DNA of 64,000 nucleotides, taken from assembly GCA_000092065.1 (NCBI GenBank), contig CP000582.1; one strand, given 5' to 3'. Of the stretch, positions 8,718-19,609 are shown one piece after another. The position numbers were made by a program, and so were the translations under genes. The number at the start of each line of letters is the position of its first letter. Positions within the stretch are counted from its first letter, which is position 1. The notes beneath the pieces are model-generated. The model saw only the letters and a list, made by a program, of their open reading frames with translations, searched no databases and was not told the DNA's origin. This DNA comes from Ostreococcus lucimarinus (Eukaryota).

Positions 8718-11516
8718 CTAAGTTCGTCGAAACTTTTGATACATTTCCAACAGTTCGCGGTGCGGCGGAGGGCTCGGACGCACGCGCGTCATCGCCGTGG
8801 CGACGTGACGGGCAAAGACTCTGTCGGCGTCGATGCTCTCCTCCAGCGCCGCCAGCGCAGCCTCTCGGGATATCGCGGACAGGTCTGCACCCGTATAACC
8901 ATGAGTCGACATCGCGGCCAAGCTCAAATCGACGTCATCCGCAAGCGGCGTATTCTTAAATTGCACTCGCAGAATAGCCATTCGATCTTCGGACGACTGC
9001 GGCGGCGGCACGTAGAGCAGGCGATCGAATCGGCCGGGGCGCAACAGTGCGCCGTCGACTAAGTCGGGACGGTTAGTCGCCGCGACAACAGTCACGTTCG
9101 TCGTCGGGGATAAGCCATCCATCTCTCCAAGGAGCTGCGTGATGACGCGGTCCTGCACGGAGGGCGCGCCGCCTTGTTCGCCACCGCCGCGTGTGCCGGC
9201 CAATCCGTCTACCTCATCTATGAATATCACTGAAGGAGCGGATGTCCTGGCGCGGGAAAACACCGCGCGCACGGCTTTTTCAGAGTCTCCTACCCATTTT
9301 GAAAACAGCTCAGATCCCTTAATGGAGATGAAATTGCGTCCCGACGCGCTCGCCACCGCTCGCGCCAGCATTGTCTTGCTACACCCGGGAGGGCCGTATA
9401 GCAGAATACCTTTAGGCGGCGAAGCTCCGACGCGCTTCATTGCGTCTGGATGCTTCTCCGCCCACTCAACGGCTTCTTTCAAGCGATCCTTTACTTCGTC
9501 AAGACCTCCGACGTCGTCCCAAGCGACGTTTGGAACTTCGATGGCTACTTCGCGCAACGCGCTCGGCCGGACTTTCACGCGCGCGTGCTCGAAATCGTCC
9601 ATAATCACTCGCTCGTCACGAGATGATATGTCGATGTCGCCAATCGCACGTGCGACGCCGTCGACATCATCGCTGACGCCGGATGACCGCTTGGACGTTT
9701 TTTCGATCACGCGAGTCAGCGCGCGCATCGCCGCGTTTTGGCACAGCGACGCGATGTCGGCGCCGACGAACCCGTGCGCTCGTCGCGCGAGATCCACGAT
9801 GTATTCCTCAGTCAAATCGTGATTTAAACCACGAAGATGCGTTTGAAGAATTTCTAATCGATCGCTGGGCGTGGGCACGCCCACTTCGAGCTCGCGATCG
9901 AATCTTCCAGGGCGCCGAAGAGAGCGTTCGATTGCGTCCGGTCTATTCGTCGTCGCGATGACGACGACGCGATCGAGCTCGGGAACGTTCGATGATGTAC
10001 CGTCAAATATGGCGAGCATCGTGGCGACGATTCGCGACGACATCATATCGTCTCCCCCCGAGGACTGATTGCGCGCGGGAGCGATGGCGTCGAGTTCGTC
10101 GAGCAGCACCACGCTCGGGGCTGCTTTCACCGCGGCGAGAAAGACGCCGCGAAGCGCCTCTTCGCTCTCTCCCATGTGCGCGCTCACGAGCTCTGGACCG
10201 TTCACGACGAACAATTTTGCGTTCGATGCTTGCGCGGCGGCGCGCGCGAGACGCGTTTTCCCCGAACCCGGCGGTCCGTAAAGTAACACTCCCCGAGGCG
10301 GCTTCACTCCGCATCGCGTGAACACCTCTGGGCTTTCGAGTGGCAGCGTCACGAGCTCGCGCAGCGCCGCTTCGTGGTCAGCCACGCCACCGAGACTATC
10401 GAACGAGACATCTTGCGACATCGCCACTCGAGACGCGCGCTTCACCGCGGACGCGACAACGTCGTCGTCGTCGTCATCTGACTCGCTCGCTCCGTCGCTC
10501 GACGACGCGTCGTCGCCGCCTTCCTCGCGCGGGTACAAAACGATGCGCGTCCTCGCCGAAATCTCCACGCCCCTGTCACCGACATCGGGCTCGAGCCGAA
10601 TCACTTTGAACATCGCGCTCGTCCCGAGCAATGGCAAGCGCACGAGATTCCCGACCAACAGTCCGCGGCCGTCCAGCGCGCGTCTGGCGAGCGCTTCCAA
10701 AATACCGCGCTGCCGCGCCGCCGTTCGCCCACCGCCTCCCGCGCGTAGTCCACGCTCGAGCCACACCGCGGCCTCTCCGCCGACGTCCAACTCGAGCGCC
10801 CAAAGCTTCAAATGGGCCACGATTTCACCCTCCGCCTCGAACGCGTCAATCGGTCCAGCCGCGTCCCGTCGCGTCTGCGCGCTCAAAATCGTCCCGCCCG
10901 ACGGGCACCCCATCGATAACCAAACCTTCCGCGAAAGCGACACGCCGTCGTCCCCTAAACCCGCGGTCGGCCACGCGCGCGCCAACACCACGCGCGCGCC
11001 GCACGTCTCGTCTTCGTCGTCTTCATCGCGATCCGCGTCGACGTCCAAGTTTAACGCGCGCCGCGCCGCCGCCGCGTGCGTCGTCGCGCGCGTCGCCCTC
11101 TCATCACCATTCTCCACCATTTCCACCCGCGTCGCCGCCCGCGCGTCGCCCGCGTCGCTGGTTTTCGTTTTCCCTCTCCCTCGCTTCGGCGTCGCGAGCG
11201 TCGCGCCGTCGTTTCCGTCTTCTCGCCGCGCGTAGCTTCGCAACTCGACCCACGCGCCCGCGCGAGCGCCGACCGCCCGCGCGAGCTTCGCCGACATCAC
11301 GCAGTGCGCGTGCGCGCCCGCGCCCTGCGCCACGGGCTCGCGCGCGTCGACGCGCATCGCGCGAACGCCGTCGGGGAGGTAGACGACGCCATCGTCGCTC
11401 GTCAAAGACGCCGACGCGACCGCCGCCGGGACGCATTCGTCGGGAGAATCGTCGCGGTGTCGCCCGCGCGCGCGACGCGCGGGCGAACGCGCGCGTCTGG
11501 ACGCGCGCGACGCCAT
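8718..11516 (-). CDS. Type II AAA+ ATPase of the CDC48 family (AFG2/SPATA5/CIP111-like)
   Basis: The track start at 11603 is TTG; the first ATG is at 11516 (MASRASRR...). There are two AAA cassettes with Walker A motifs LLYGPPGSGKT and LLYGPPGCSKT, Walker B motifs VVLLDELD and VIFIDEVD, and second-region-of-homology segments (ATNRPD twice). Confidence 0.9.
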   Translation of the reverse strand: MASRASRRARSPARRARGRHRDDSPDECVPAAVASASLTSDDGVVYLPDGVRAMRVDAREPVAQGAGAHAHCVMSAKLARAVGARAGAWVELRSYARREDGNDGATLATPKRGRGKTKTSDAGDARAATRVEMVENGDERATRATTHAAAARRALNLDVDADRDEDDEDETCGARVVLARAWPTAGLGDDGVSLSRKVWLSMGCPSGGTILSAQTRRDAAGPIDAFEAEGEIVAHLKLWALELDVGGEAAVWLERGLRAGGGGRTAARQRGILEALARRALDGRGLLVGNLVRLPLLGTSAMFKVIRLEPDVGDRGVEISARTRIVLYPREEGGDDASSSDGASESDDDDDDVVASAVKRASRVAMSQDVSFDSLGGVADHEAALRELVTLPLESPEVFTRCGVKPPRGVLLYGPPGSGKTRLARAAAQASNAKLFVVNGPELVSAHMGESEEALRGVFLAAVKAAPSVVLLDELDAIAPARNQSSGGDDMMSSRIVATMLAIFDGTSSNVPELDRVVVIATTNRPDAIERSLRRPGRFDRELEVGVPTPSDRLEILQTHLRGLNHDLTEEYIVDLARRAHGFVGADIASLCQNAAMRALTRVIEKTSKRSSGVSDDVDGVARAIGDIDISSRDERVIMDDFEHARVKVRPSALREVAIEVPNVAWDDVGGLDEVKDRLKEAVEWAEKHPDAMKRVGASPPKGILLYGPPGCSKTMLARAVASASGRNFISIKGSELFSKWVGDSEKAVRAVFSRARTSAPSVIFIDEVDGLAGTRGGGEQGGAPSVQDRVITQLLGEMDGLSPTTNVTVVAATNRPDLVDGALLRPGRFDRLLYVPPPQSSEDRMAILRVQFKNTPLADDVDLSLAAMSTHGYTGADLSAISREAALAALEESIDADRVFARHVATAMTRVRPSPPPHRELLEMYQKFRRT

Positions 11517-11681
11517 CGCGCACGTCGTGCGCGCGCGCGCGCGGTCGTTCGCGGGCGCGCGCGGCGGTGTGCAGCTCGAAATCGATGGACGATTGAGATA
11601 CAAAAAGAAAAGCGTCGTTACAACAAAATGCGCGTACGCGCGGCGCTTAAAGGCGCGACGATCGACGATGACGACGATCTA

Positions 11682-12539
11682 TCACGCTCGTAAAGTTTGA
11701 TCAAAGTGCCAGGCCGCCATGCCGTCGCCCGGCGGACCCATGCGCAGGAGCGTGGCGACCATCTCGCTCACCTCGCGAACGCTCTCCACCTGCGGCGCGA
11801 GCATCTCGCCCTCGAGAAAATCGCACATGTGCGCGTCCCCGGCGTCGTCCGCCACGCGATGCAGCTCGCACAGCTTATCGTTGTTTAACTTTTCCAAGCT
11901 CAGGCTCAGTTCGAGCGCGTACAGCGCGCATCCCTTCTCCGGATGATCGTACTCGCTCTGCGGCGGCAACAGTTGCTGCAGCTCGACGCGCCCGCCGCGC
12001 AGATTCATGTATTCCATCAACTGTTCCGCGTGCTCGCGCTCCTCCAGCGCCTCGCGCTTGAAGTGTTCCGCGAATCCCTTCAGCGCGACGTTATCTCTCG
12101 AGAAATACGCCCACATCGCGTGATAGATGTACGACACGTTGTACTCGACGTTGATTTGCGCGTTGAGCGCGAGCTCGCACTCGTTGGCGAATCCGCTCCT
12201 CGCGAACGAGTACTCCACCGATTGCGTCTTCACCGGGTGCGTCGTCTGCGCCTCGACGATCGCTCGACTCTGCGTCGTTTCGTTCGCCGCGTCCGCGTCG
12301 GTCGCGTTCGCGCGCGCGCGCGCGCGTTCGATCGGTCGACGTCGATCGCGATTCGAATTCGATCGCCGCGCGGCGTTCGATCGTCGCGCCATCGTCGCGC
12401 GCGTCGCCGTCTCGGCGCGCATCGCGCGGGCGAATCGAGCGGTCGTCGTCGTCGTCGTCGTCGCGGTCGTCGTCGCGGTCAAAGTCGCGCCGCGCGTCGC
12501 GGTCGGCGTCGCGAAGTGCGAATTCGTGACGTCGCACAT
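11682..12539 (-). CDS. Ferritin with organellar (plastid-type) presequence
   Basis: The ferritin four-helix core reads NVEYNVSYIYHAMWAYFSRDNVALKGFAEHFKREALEEREHAEQLMEYMNLRGGRV...ALELSLSLEKL..DFLEGEML. The N-terminal part is T/A/R-rich. The track start (12596) is GTG; the first ATG is at 12539, and later in-frame ATGs are possible starts. Confidence 0.9.
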   Translation of the reverse strand: MCDVTNSHFATPTATRGATLTATTTATTTTTTTARFARAMRAETATRATMARRSNAARRSNSNRDRRRPIERARARANATDADAANETTQSRAIVEAQTTHPVKTQSVEYSFARSGFANECELALNAQINVEYNVSYIYHAMWAYFSRDNVALKGFAEHFKREALEEREHAEQLMEYMNLRGGRVELQQLLPPQSEYDHPEKGCALYALELSLSLEKLNNDKLCELHRVADDAGDAHMCDFLEGEMLAPQVESVREVSEMVATLLRMGPPGDGMAAWHFDQTLRA

Positions 12540-12601
12540 CGCGACGACGCGCGACGACCGCGCGGGCGCGACGATCGAGCGCGGCGAAATATTCACCGTC
12601 G

Positions 12602-12847
12602 ATGGAGACGGCGCGCGCGATGGAGACGGCTCGAGACGCGCGCGACGCGAAGCCGCGTGCGGTGCGACGCGCGTACGCGGTGGCGCACGGGTGGGAGCAC
12701 GCGAGCGCGCTGCGCGAGACGCAGCGCGCGGCGATCGGAGCGCTCGGGACGCGCGCGCGCGACGGTCGCGGACGCGCGCTCGGGACGCGGGCGGCGCGGG
12801 ACGGGACGGAGACGGCGACGCGCGAGGGAGGGGAAGGGGAGGCGGGA

Positions 12848-12880
<33 letters not shown>

Positions 12881-15040
12881 ACGACGAGCGGGAAGGGGCG
12901 CGAAGACGCGATGAAAGGGCTGACGACGGCGCACGCGTTTTACGCGTGGTACGCGGACGTGGAGGAGACGATGGACGAGGCGCGGAGGCGAGCGAGACGA
13001 CGGGAGGCGGACGCGCTGCGCGCGGAGATTGAGAGGCGAGACGACGCGTTACGAAAATTGGAGGAGGTGGAGACGGGGGTTAAAACGCTCGTCGACGCGC
13101 AGGCGGCGCTGAAGCTGAGGGCGAGGCGGACGCAGGAGGAAAGCGAGCGGTTGATCGCGGAGAAGGATCGTCTGCTTGAGTTCGCGGACGCGCTGCGGGG
13201 AAAGCTGGATTATTTCGACCAGTTGGAAAAGGTGGCGGAGCAGTTTCAGGCTGGGGTTATCATCTCGGGCGCGAGCGATGCGAGTGGGGCGAGCTTGGCG
13301 CCGCGCGAGCAGGTGATGCCGATGCTGAAGCGTCTGGACGATTGCCTGGATTTTGTGGCGTCGCATCCGCAATACGCCGACGGCGGAAGTTACGGGACCA
13401 AGTTTCGACAGTTGCAAAATCGAGCGATGAGCACAGTGCGCGAATATTACGTCTCAGCCTTGCGCAAGGCGACGAAACACGTGCAAGATGTAGCGAAGGG
13501 TAAGACTGGTGTGAGCGGCGGCGAGGATGAGTACGACGAGCTCGTGGTCGAGGAGGGGAGTGCGACGACTTTGTTGTACGTTCGCTTTCGCGCCGCCGCG
13601 GCGGAACTGCGCGATCTCACCGAGGAGCTCGAAAAGCGAGGGCATCACGAAGAGTACGCCGCGCTTCTCTCGGACTGCCACGTGTTATACTGCGAGCAGC
13701 GTGCTCTTCTCCTCGCCGGGTCGGTTCGGACGAAGATGCGCGCCATAGCGACAGCCGAGCGTGGAGCGGATGTCATAGCTCTCGCGAGAATCGGCACTGC
13801 CTATCTCGTCGAAGTTTGTCAGGCAGAGTTCGCTCTGTTCAAACACTTTTTCCCGCAAACCGATCCCACGGGGGCCTTGTCCGCGCTCATGATTCCGCTC
13901 GGAACGTACTTGAGCGACATTTTGCGGCCAAAGTACATTTCAATCACCGAGTTGGCTTTATTGGCTGAGCTCGTCGAGGCGCTCAAGGGCGAGATCATCG
14001 AGGACGTAACCTCGAAGATTGACAATGCGCTAGCCTTGGAGCCGGCGATGCGAAGAATCCTGTCAGATGTTCAAGAGAGACTGATCTTCCGCGCGCAGAC
14101 TTACGTGAAGGATCAGGTGGGCAACTATCGAGCCACCGCGGCTGATTTGGACTTTCCCGCCAAACTCGTGCGCGCACTGCAAGCGAAGTCGTCTGGCGGC
14201 GACTCGGAGGACGACATTAAAAATTGGTACCCTCCACTCGAGCGCACACTGACGTGCTTATCTAAACTATATCGCTGCGTGGAGATCAAAACATTCGCGG
14301 GATTGGCGCAAGAGGCGGTGTCGCTGTGCGCGGACAATATCGCCGCCGCTGCGCGCGCAGTGGCGTCGAAAGCGACTCCGGTAGACGGTCAGCTCTTCCT
14401 CATCAAGCACTTGATCATCTTGCGCGAACAAATCGCGCCATTCAACGCCGAGTTTGCGGTTTCCATCAAGGATTTGGACTTTACCCATATGCGCGGGCAA
14501 ATGCGCCGAATGCTCGGCGGAGAGATGTCCTTCTTTTCGCTGACGCAAGACAACGCATTCTACCAGCTCGCTTCTGAAGGTCGACCGCGCGTCGTCGAGA
14601 GCAAAATCGACTCCAAGAGAGAGCTCGAGAAGCAACTTCAAGCCGCGTGTGAAGCGTACATCATGAGTATCACGAAACTCATCGTCGATCCAATGCTCAG
14701 TTTCATCACCAAGGTGACCGCGTTTCGCGTGTCGACGACGTCGCAGGGGAAATCCATCAAAGACGCAGCCTTTGCTTCGGAAGAAAAACTCGCAGCCATC
14801 GCGAAACAAGTCAAAACCTCGCTCGCAGACGAGCTCCCGAAGGCCGTCTACACCATGAAGTTGTACTTGCACGCGGAAAATACCCGCGAGGCGTTGCTCA
14901 AGCCCATCAAGAGCAACGTCGCCGAAGCCTTCGCGCAAATCGCCGCCATCATCGACGCCGACTTTCCTCCCGGCACCGCCGCGCGCGTCGGCCTTCTCGA
15001 CCCCGCGCAGCTCGCCGCCGCGATTGAGGACGCGAGTTAG
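12602..15040 (+). CDS. COG3: Conserved oligomeric Golgi complex subunit 3 (Sec34)
   Basis: The ORF is 812 aa. Sec34-type region: FYAWYADVEE..., LEFADALRGKLDYFDQLEKVAEQF, CLDFVASHPQYADGGSYGTKFRQLQNRA. ATGs lie at 12602 and 12620 (duplicated METARA/METARD). An Asp10 tract is encoded by (GAC)10. Confidence 0.88.
12848..12877. repeat. (GAC)10 trinucleotide repeat inside COG3 (poly-Asp)
   Basis: Ten perfect GAC units counted by hand. They are in frame with COG3 (AGDDDDDDDDDDATT). Confidence 0.95.
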
Positions 15041-15105
15041 CGTCGCGACGCGCGCGCCAGATTAGAATCGCTCCGTGTAACACCCCACACTGCGCCGATC
15101 GCTCG

Positions 15106-16572
15106 ATGCCCTCGGACGACGACGACGACGTCCCGGAGCAGACCGCCGGAAATCGACGCCTGCTCGCGTCGGAGGAGGACGCGCGCCGTCGTAAGCGCGA
15201 GCGCCCGCGCGCGGTGTCGGTTTGGAAACTTTGCGGAATCAATGCGTTTTTCCTCGCCTACGGCGCGTGGATATCCTCGTTCGCCATCGTGACGCTGCCG
15301 TACGAGTCGACGAGGTTTTTCCCGGACGCCGACGCGGTGGCGCTGGGAGGGTTCATGTTCATCGCCGGCGCGAGTCAGATGTCGGGGCCGTGGGCGGGAT
15401 ACGTGAGCGATCGCACGCGGAGCGCGTACGGTAGACGGCGCCCGGTGCTCGTCAAAGGCGCCGTCGTCGCGGCGCCGTCGTTGGTGATGTTACTCGTGGC
15501 GCGAACGTACTACGGCTCGCTGGGGGGGTGGGCGCCGACGCTGTATTACGTCGCGTTCACGGCGACGATGCTGGCGCTGAACGTGATGTACACGGCGGCG
15601 AGCGGCATCGTGCCGGATATGATTCCGGACGATCAGACGGGACAGTCGAATGGGGTGCTGGCGGCGATGAGTGCGGCGGGGGCGTGCATGGGATTCGTGT
15701 ACACGATGGTGTATCCAGACGTGGGGAGCTTGTATTGGTTTTATCTCGCGCTGTTGGCGACGTGCGTGCCGATTACGTGTTATTGCGCCACGGAAGAGTC
15801 TTCGCTCGGTGGTGTAGCATCGTCAGATGACGTAGAGAGCAGTGCGAGGGAAGGTTCGACTTCTGCGACGGTCGACTCGGCGTTTTCGTGGCGCGAGCTG
15901 GCGTCGATGTACACGATTTCGCCTTTTGTTCCGGAACAAAAATCATTCTTTTGGCTCTTCGTTTGCCGCACGTTGTACTATACCGGCATCAGCGCTCAAG
16001 TGTTTTTGCTGTACTTGCTCAGAGATACCGCCGTGAAAGAAGATGGAAGTGGGCTCGAGGGACACGAGCCACAGCAAACGGTTGCACGCTTGTCCTTCAT
16101 CGGCCAAGTCGGCGGCATGATCGCCGCCTATCCCGCTGGTTTGCTGAGCGACGTCTTCGGTCGAAAGCCATTGATCGTCATCGCGTGCGCGGGCATTATA
16201 TCTGTGTACATCATGTTTATGTACATCCACCGATTGACGTCGATCATGTACATTGGCGTGTATTACGGCGCGTTGAACGGCATGTTCCTCTCGGTCGATT
16301 ACGCGCTCGCCATCGACTGTTTACCGAGCCGAGAAAACGCCGCGCGATGGCTCGCGGTTTGGGGTGTCGCCAGTTTCATCGGCACCTCCATCGGTCCGAC
16401 TGTGTTCGCCTTGATTCTTCACTTTTCTCCGCAGCCCGCCGACGGACGAGCGTACGGTTCGTCTCAAGAAGGGTACGACGTCATGCTCGTCGTCGGCGCC
16501 GTGTGGATGGCCCTCTGCGCCTCGTTCCTGTGCTTGGTCGACTCGAAGAAGCCCCGCGCGCGCGAACTGTAG
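15106..16572 (+). CDS. Major-facilitator/GPH-type membrane transporter (SLC45/sucrose-transporter-like motif)
   Basis: ATG at 15106. The protein is multi-pass and hydrophobic, with the loop motif GPWAGYVSDRTRSAYGRRRP (G..SDR....GRRRP), characteristic of GPH/SUT-type MFS carriers. The substrate is unknown. Confidence 0.7.
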   Translation: MPSDDDDDVPEQTAGNRRLLASEEDARRRKRERPRAVSVWKLCGINAFFLAYGAWISSFAIVTLPYESTRFFPDADAVALGGFMFIAGASQMSGPWAGYVSDRTRSAYGRRRPVLVKGAVVAAPSLVMLLVARTYYGSLGGWAPTLYYVAFTATMLALNVMYTAASGIVPDMIPDDQTGQSNGVLAAMSAAGACMGFVYTMVYPDVGSLYWFYLALLATCVPITCYCATEESSLGGVASSDDVESSAREGSTSATVDSAFSWRELASMYTISPFVPEQKSFFWLFVCRTLYYTGISAQVFLLYLLRDTAVKEDGSGLEGHEPQQTVARLSFIGQVGGMIAAYPAGLLSDVFGRKPLIVIACAGIISVYIMFMYIHRLTSIMYIGVYYGALNGMFLSVDYALAIDCLPSRENAARWLAVWGVASFIGTSIGPTVFALILHFSPQPADGRAYGSSQEGYDVMLVVGAVWMALCASFLCLVDSKKPRAREL

Positions 16573-16777
16573 AACTGTAAGCCACGCCTAGATCGAGTCA
16601 GCTCTCGTCGCGCCCTGCGCACCGCGCCGCGTCGACGTCGCGCGTCCAATCGAATCGGAACATCGCGCCGTTCCTTTTTTCGGAAATGAAAAGGGAGACG
16701 AAGAGTCGCCGAAACGCTCGCGCGCGCGCGGGGTGCGCGGCCGCACGTCGACGCGCGCGGCGTCGCGAGCGCGCGGG

Positions 16778-19609
16778 ATGGGATGCCTGAAAGGTTGCAT
16801 GTTCTCGCGCGACGTGCTCACCGCCGCGTCGTGGGACGCCTTCGCCAAGGACGCCCTCGACGTCGATTTGGATTCCAAACCGACGCTCGACGATGGCGCG
16901 CGCGCGGGGACGAAACGCGCGCGCGCGCGCAAGCGCCTCGCCGTCGGAGAGGCGCTCGGGGATGAAAACGAATCGAAACAGACGAATCTCGACGCGCGAG
17001 AGGCGGCAAACGAGCGAACGGAGGGGTCGCTGCGGGCGATGGAATCAGCGATGGATGGGAATTTGCTCTTCGTCGAGCTGGACGCGCGAGCGCGACGACG
17101 GGTGATGGACGCCATGACGCCCTCGTACGTCGACGAGGGCGAGATCGTGATCGCGCAGGGCGATACGAATTGCGATCGATTCTACGTGATCGAAATCGGG
17201 GAGGTGCGGGTGATGAAGAATGAAAATTCGAAGCGGTCGAGCTTGTCGAACGATAGCGCGAACGAAGAGGGATCGCCGCGCGCTGCGCGGCTGGCGACGT
17301 CAAAGCGTTCGTTTGAAGGGTGTGCGTACCATCCCGAGACCGCCAAGCAAGTGGCAACGCTTGGCCCGGGTCGGGGATTCGGCGAGCTCGCGCTGCTGTA
17401 CGCCTGCCCGCGATCGGCGACGGTCGTGGCGGCGACGCCGTTGAAACTGTGGACGCTGCACGCGAGCGCGTTCAAGGCGATAAAGCGTTCCATCGCGACG
17501 AAGGATGCATCTTGTATGCTCGAACTTCTGGAGAGCGTGGAGCTATTCAACGCTCTGTCAGAGCAACAGCTGATTGCGATATGTACCGCGGCGAGAAGAG
17601 AGGTGTACGAGACGAATGACGTTGTATTCAATCAAGGCGATCCCGGAAATTGCTTCTACATCGTGGAACGCGGCGAGGTGAGCGTTCGAGTCCATGGTGG
17701 CGAAGTCGCGAAACTCTCGCGTGGCGATTTCTTCGGTGAGCGCGCACTGATAAATAATGAACCTCGTGCGGCGACGATCGTCGCCGCAACCGACATTTCG
17801 TGTTTGGTGCTTAATCGCCAAACTTTTGTCTCCATGCTCGGTTCCATTGAAGAGGCGCGATGTTTTGCCGGTTTGGCCGAATGCCCGATTCTCGCCGCTT
17901 TGAGCGACGCACAGTTGACGGATATCTCAAGTTTGATGAAAATGCAAACGTTCGTCAAAGATGAAGTCGTGTTTCAACAGAACTCTCTCGGAGATGCTTT
18001 TTACGTCATCATCGACGGGGAATTCGTGGTTACGAAATCATCCGTTGACGAACCGTTGGCCAAACTCACTCGAGGTCAGTACTTCGGCGAACTCGCACTG
18101 CTGCGTAAAGATAAGCGTGCAGGCACAGTCACATGCGTGAGCCAACACGCGAAGGTCGCGTGCATGACGAAGACGGCGTTCGAGAAGAAATTGGGCAACT
18201 TGGAAGTCTTGCGCAAGGCTTGGCGACTCGAGACGTTGAGAAAGGTGCCGATTCTCTCAAAGCTCTCTCCTGACGAAGCTCGAGCGTTATCGGACGAACT
18301 CACCGATGTGTCTTTTCGAGAGAATGAAACGATCGTTCGTCAAGGCGACAAAGGTGACGCCATGTTTATTTTGGAATCTGGCGAAGTTGAAGTCGTGGAC
18401 GAAAAGACGCTCGACGCCGAAGGAGCGCCGAAACTGTTATGCAAGCTCGGTCCGAGCTCCTACTTTGGCGAGCTTGGACTACTAAATTCTGAAACTAGAG
18501 CCGCTACCGTACGTGTTCCGCATCGAGCGACTGTTTTGATCATCACCCGTCGCACCTTCGAGCAACATCTCGGCAACTTGAAGGACATCCTGAAGAGAAA
18601 CGCCGAGGAAATGTACGCTAAGAGCGGTAGCGGCTCGTACAAGAAACCGGTGACAGCTGAGCTCGAGGAGCTCCAAACCATCGGTTTCTTAGGCGTTGGA
18701 TCGTTCGGTCGAGTGACGCTTGTGGCTCACGATGGAGAGACGTACGCGCTGAAGGAAATTGGCAAAGCACAAGTTGTCGCTCGCGGGTTGGTCGAGCACG
18801 TGTGGCGCGAAAAGCAAACCATGGCGCAATGTGACTCACCGTTCTTGGTAAACCTTCGGCGTACCTACGTCAGCGAAAGATCGATTTACATGCTCATGGA
18901 CAAAGTTCTTGGTGGAGAGCTTTTTACGTACTTGCAAACTCGAAACTCGCCGCTGCCCGAGGCGCACGCCAAATTTTATGCGGCGTGCGTGGTGCTGGCA
19001 TTCGAGTATCTGCACGACCGGCAGATCACTTACCGCGATTTAAAGCCAGAGAACCTTCTGATTTGTACAAATGGTTATCTCAAAGTCACGGACTTTTCGT
19101 TCGCGAAGAAACTTCCGAAGGGCGCGAAAACTTTTACGCTGTGCGGCACGCCACAATACTTGGCGCCCGAGCAAGTACAACAAGTCGGCCACAATCGCGC
19201 CGTCGATTGGTGGGCGGTTGGCGTTTTGGTGTACGAACTCGTCAACGGCGTCCCACCTTTCAATCAAGACGACCACTACCAAATGTACAAGGCGATCAAC
19301 GAGGTCAAATTCCACTTTTCGCCTCGCAACGGCCCCAAATTCCGCGCCGTCGTCTCCGGCCTCCTTCGCCGCATGCCCGCGAGTCGACTCGGCATGGGCA
19401 AAACCGGCGCACGCGAAATCAAGCAGCACGAGTGGTTTGCAGACATAAACTGGAGCGCTCTCGCGCAGCAACGCGCGCGCGCGCCGTACGTGCCGCTCGT
19501 CGAAGACGTTCGCGATTTAAGGCACTTTGTGGACACCGGCGACGACGTCCCGGGACTCTCCGCGAAGTGGGGCACCTACGCCTCCATCGGGCGATTTACC
19601 GACTTTTAA
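16778..19609 (+). CDS. cGMP-dependent protein kinase with four cyclic-nucleotide-binding domains
   Basis: The track start at 16733 is GTG; the real ATG at 16778 gives MGCLKGCMF. Four CNB domains are present (FGELALLYACPRSATV, FGERALINNEPRAATI, FGELALLRKDKRAGTV, FGELGLLNSETRAATV). An AGC kinase domain follows (GVGSFGRV, YALKE, YRDLKPENLL, DFSFAK, GTPQYLAPE). Confidence 0.92.
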   Translation: MGCLKGCMFSRDVLTAASWDAFAKDALDVDLDSKPTLDDGARAGTKRARARKRLAVGEALGDENESKQTNLDAREAANERTEGSLRAMESAMDGNLLFVELDARARRRVMDAMTPSYVDEGEIVIAQGDTNCDRFYVIEIGEVRVMKNENSKRSSLSNDSANEEGSPRAARLATSKRSFEGCAYHPETAKQVATLGPGRGFGELALLYACPRSATVVAATPLKLWTLHASAFKAIKRSIATKDASCMLELLESVELFNALSEQQLIAICTAARREVYETNDVVFNQGDPGNCFYIVERGEVSVRVHGGEVAKLSRGDFFGERALINNEPRAATIVAATDISCLVLNRQTFVSMLGSIEEARCFAGLAECPILAALSDAQLTDISSLMKMQTFVKDEVVFQQNSLGDAFYVIIDGEFVVTKSSVDEPLAKLTRGQYFGELALLRKDKRAGTVTCVSQHAKVACMTKTAFEKKLGNLEVLRKAWRLETLRKVPILSKLSPDEARALSDELTDVSFRENETIVRQGDKGDAMFILESGEVEVVDEKTLDAEGAPKLLCKLGPSSYFGELGLLNSETRAATVRVPHRATVLIITRRTFEQHLGNLKDILKRNAEEMYAKSGSGSYKKPVTAELEELQTIGFLGVGSFGRVTLVAHDGETYALKEIGKAQVVARGLVEHVWREKQTMAQCDSPFLVNLRRTYVSERSIYMLMDKVLGGELFTYLQTRNSPLPEAHAKFYAACVVLAFEYLHDRQITYRDLKPENLLICTNGYLKVTDFSFAKKLPKGAKTFTLCGTPQYLAPEQVQQVGHNRAVDWWAVGVLVYELVNGVPPFNQDDHYQMYKAINEVKFHFSPRNGPKFRAVVSGLLRRMPASRLGMGKTGAREIKQHEWFADINWSALAQQRARAPYVPLVEDVRDLRHFVDTGDDVPGLSAKWGTYASIGRFTDF

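Noticed and set aside
14248-14253. Additional sense-strand ACTGAC boxes (14248..14253 in COG3, 1419..1414 in GT77, 43275..43270 in USP7, 60442..60437 at the PGES2-like stop), considered as hidden introns.
   Set aside because: They sit inside continuous, conserved reading frames as ordinary codons (T-L-T, T-D, T-T-D, N-stop). There is no upstream GTGCG donor, and no improvement of the protein alignment if the segment is removed.
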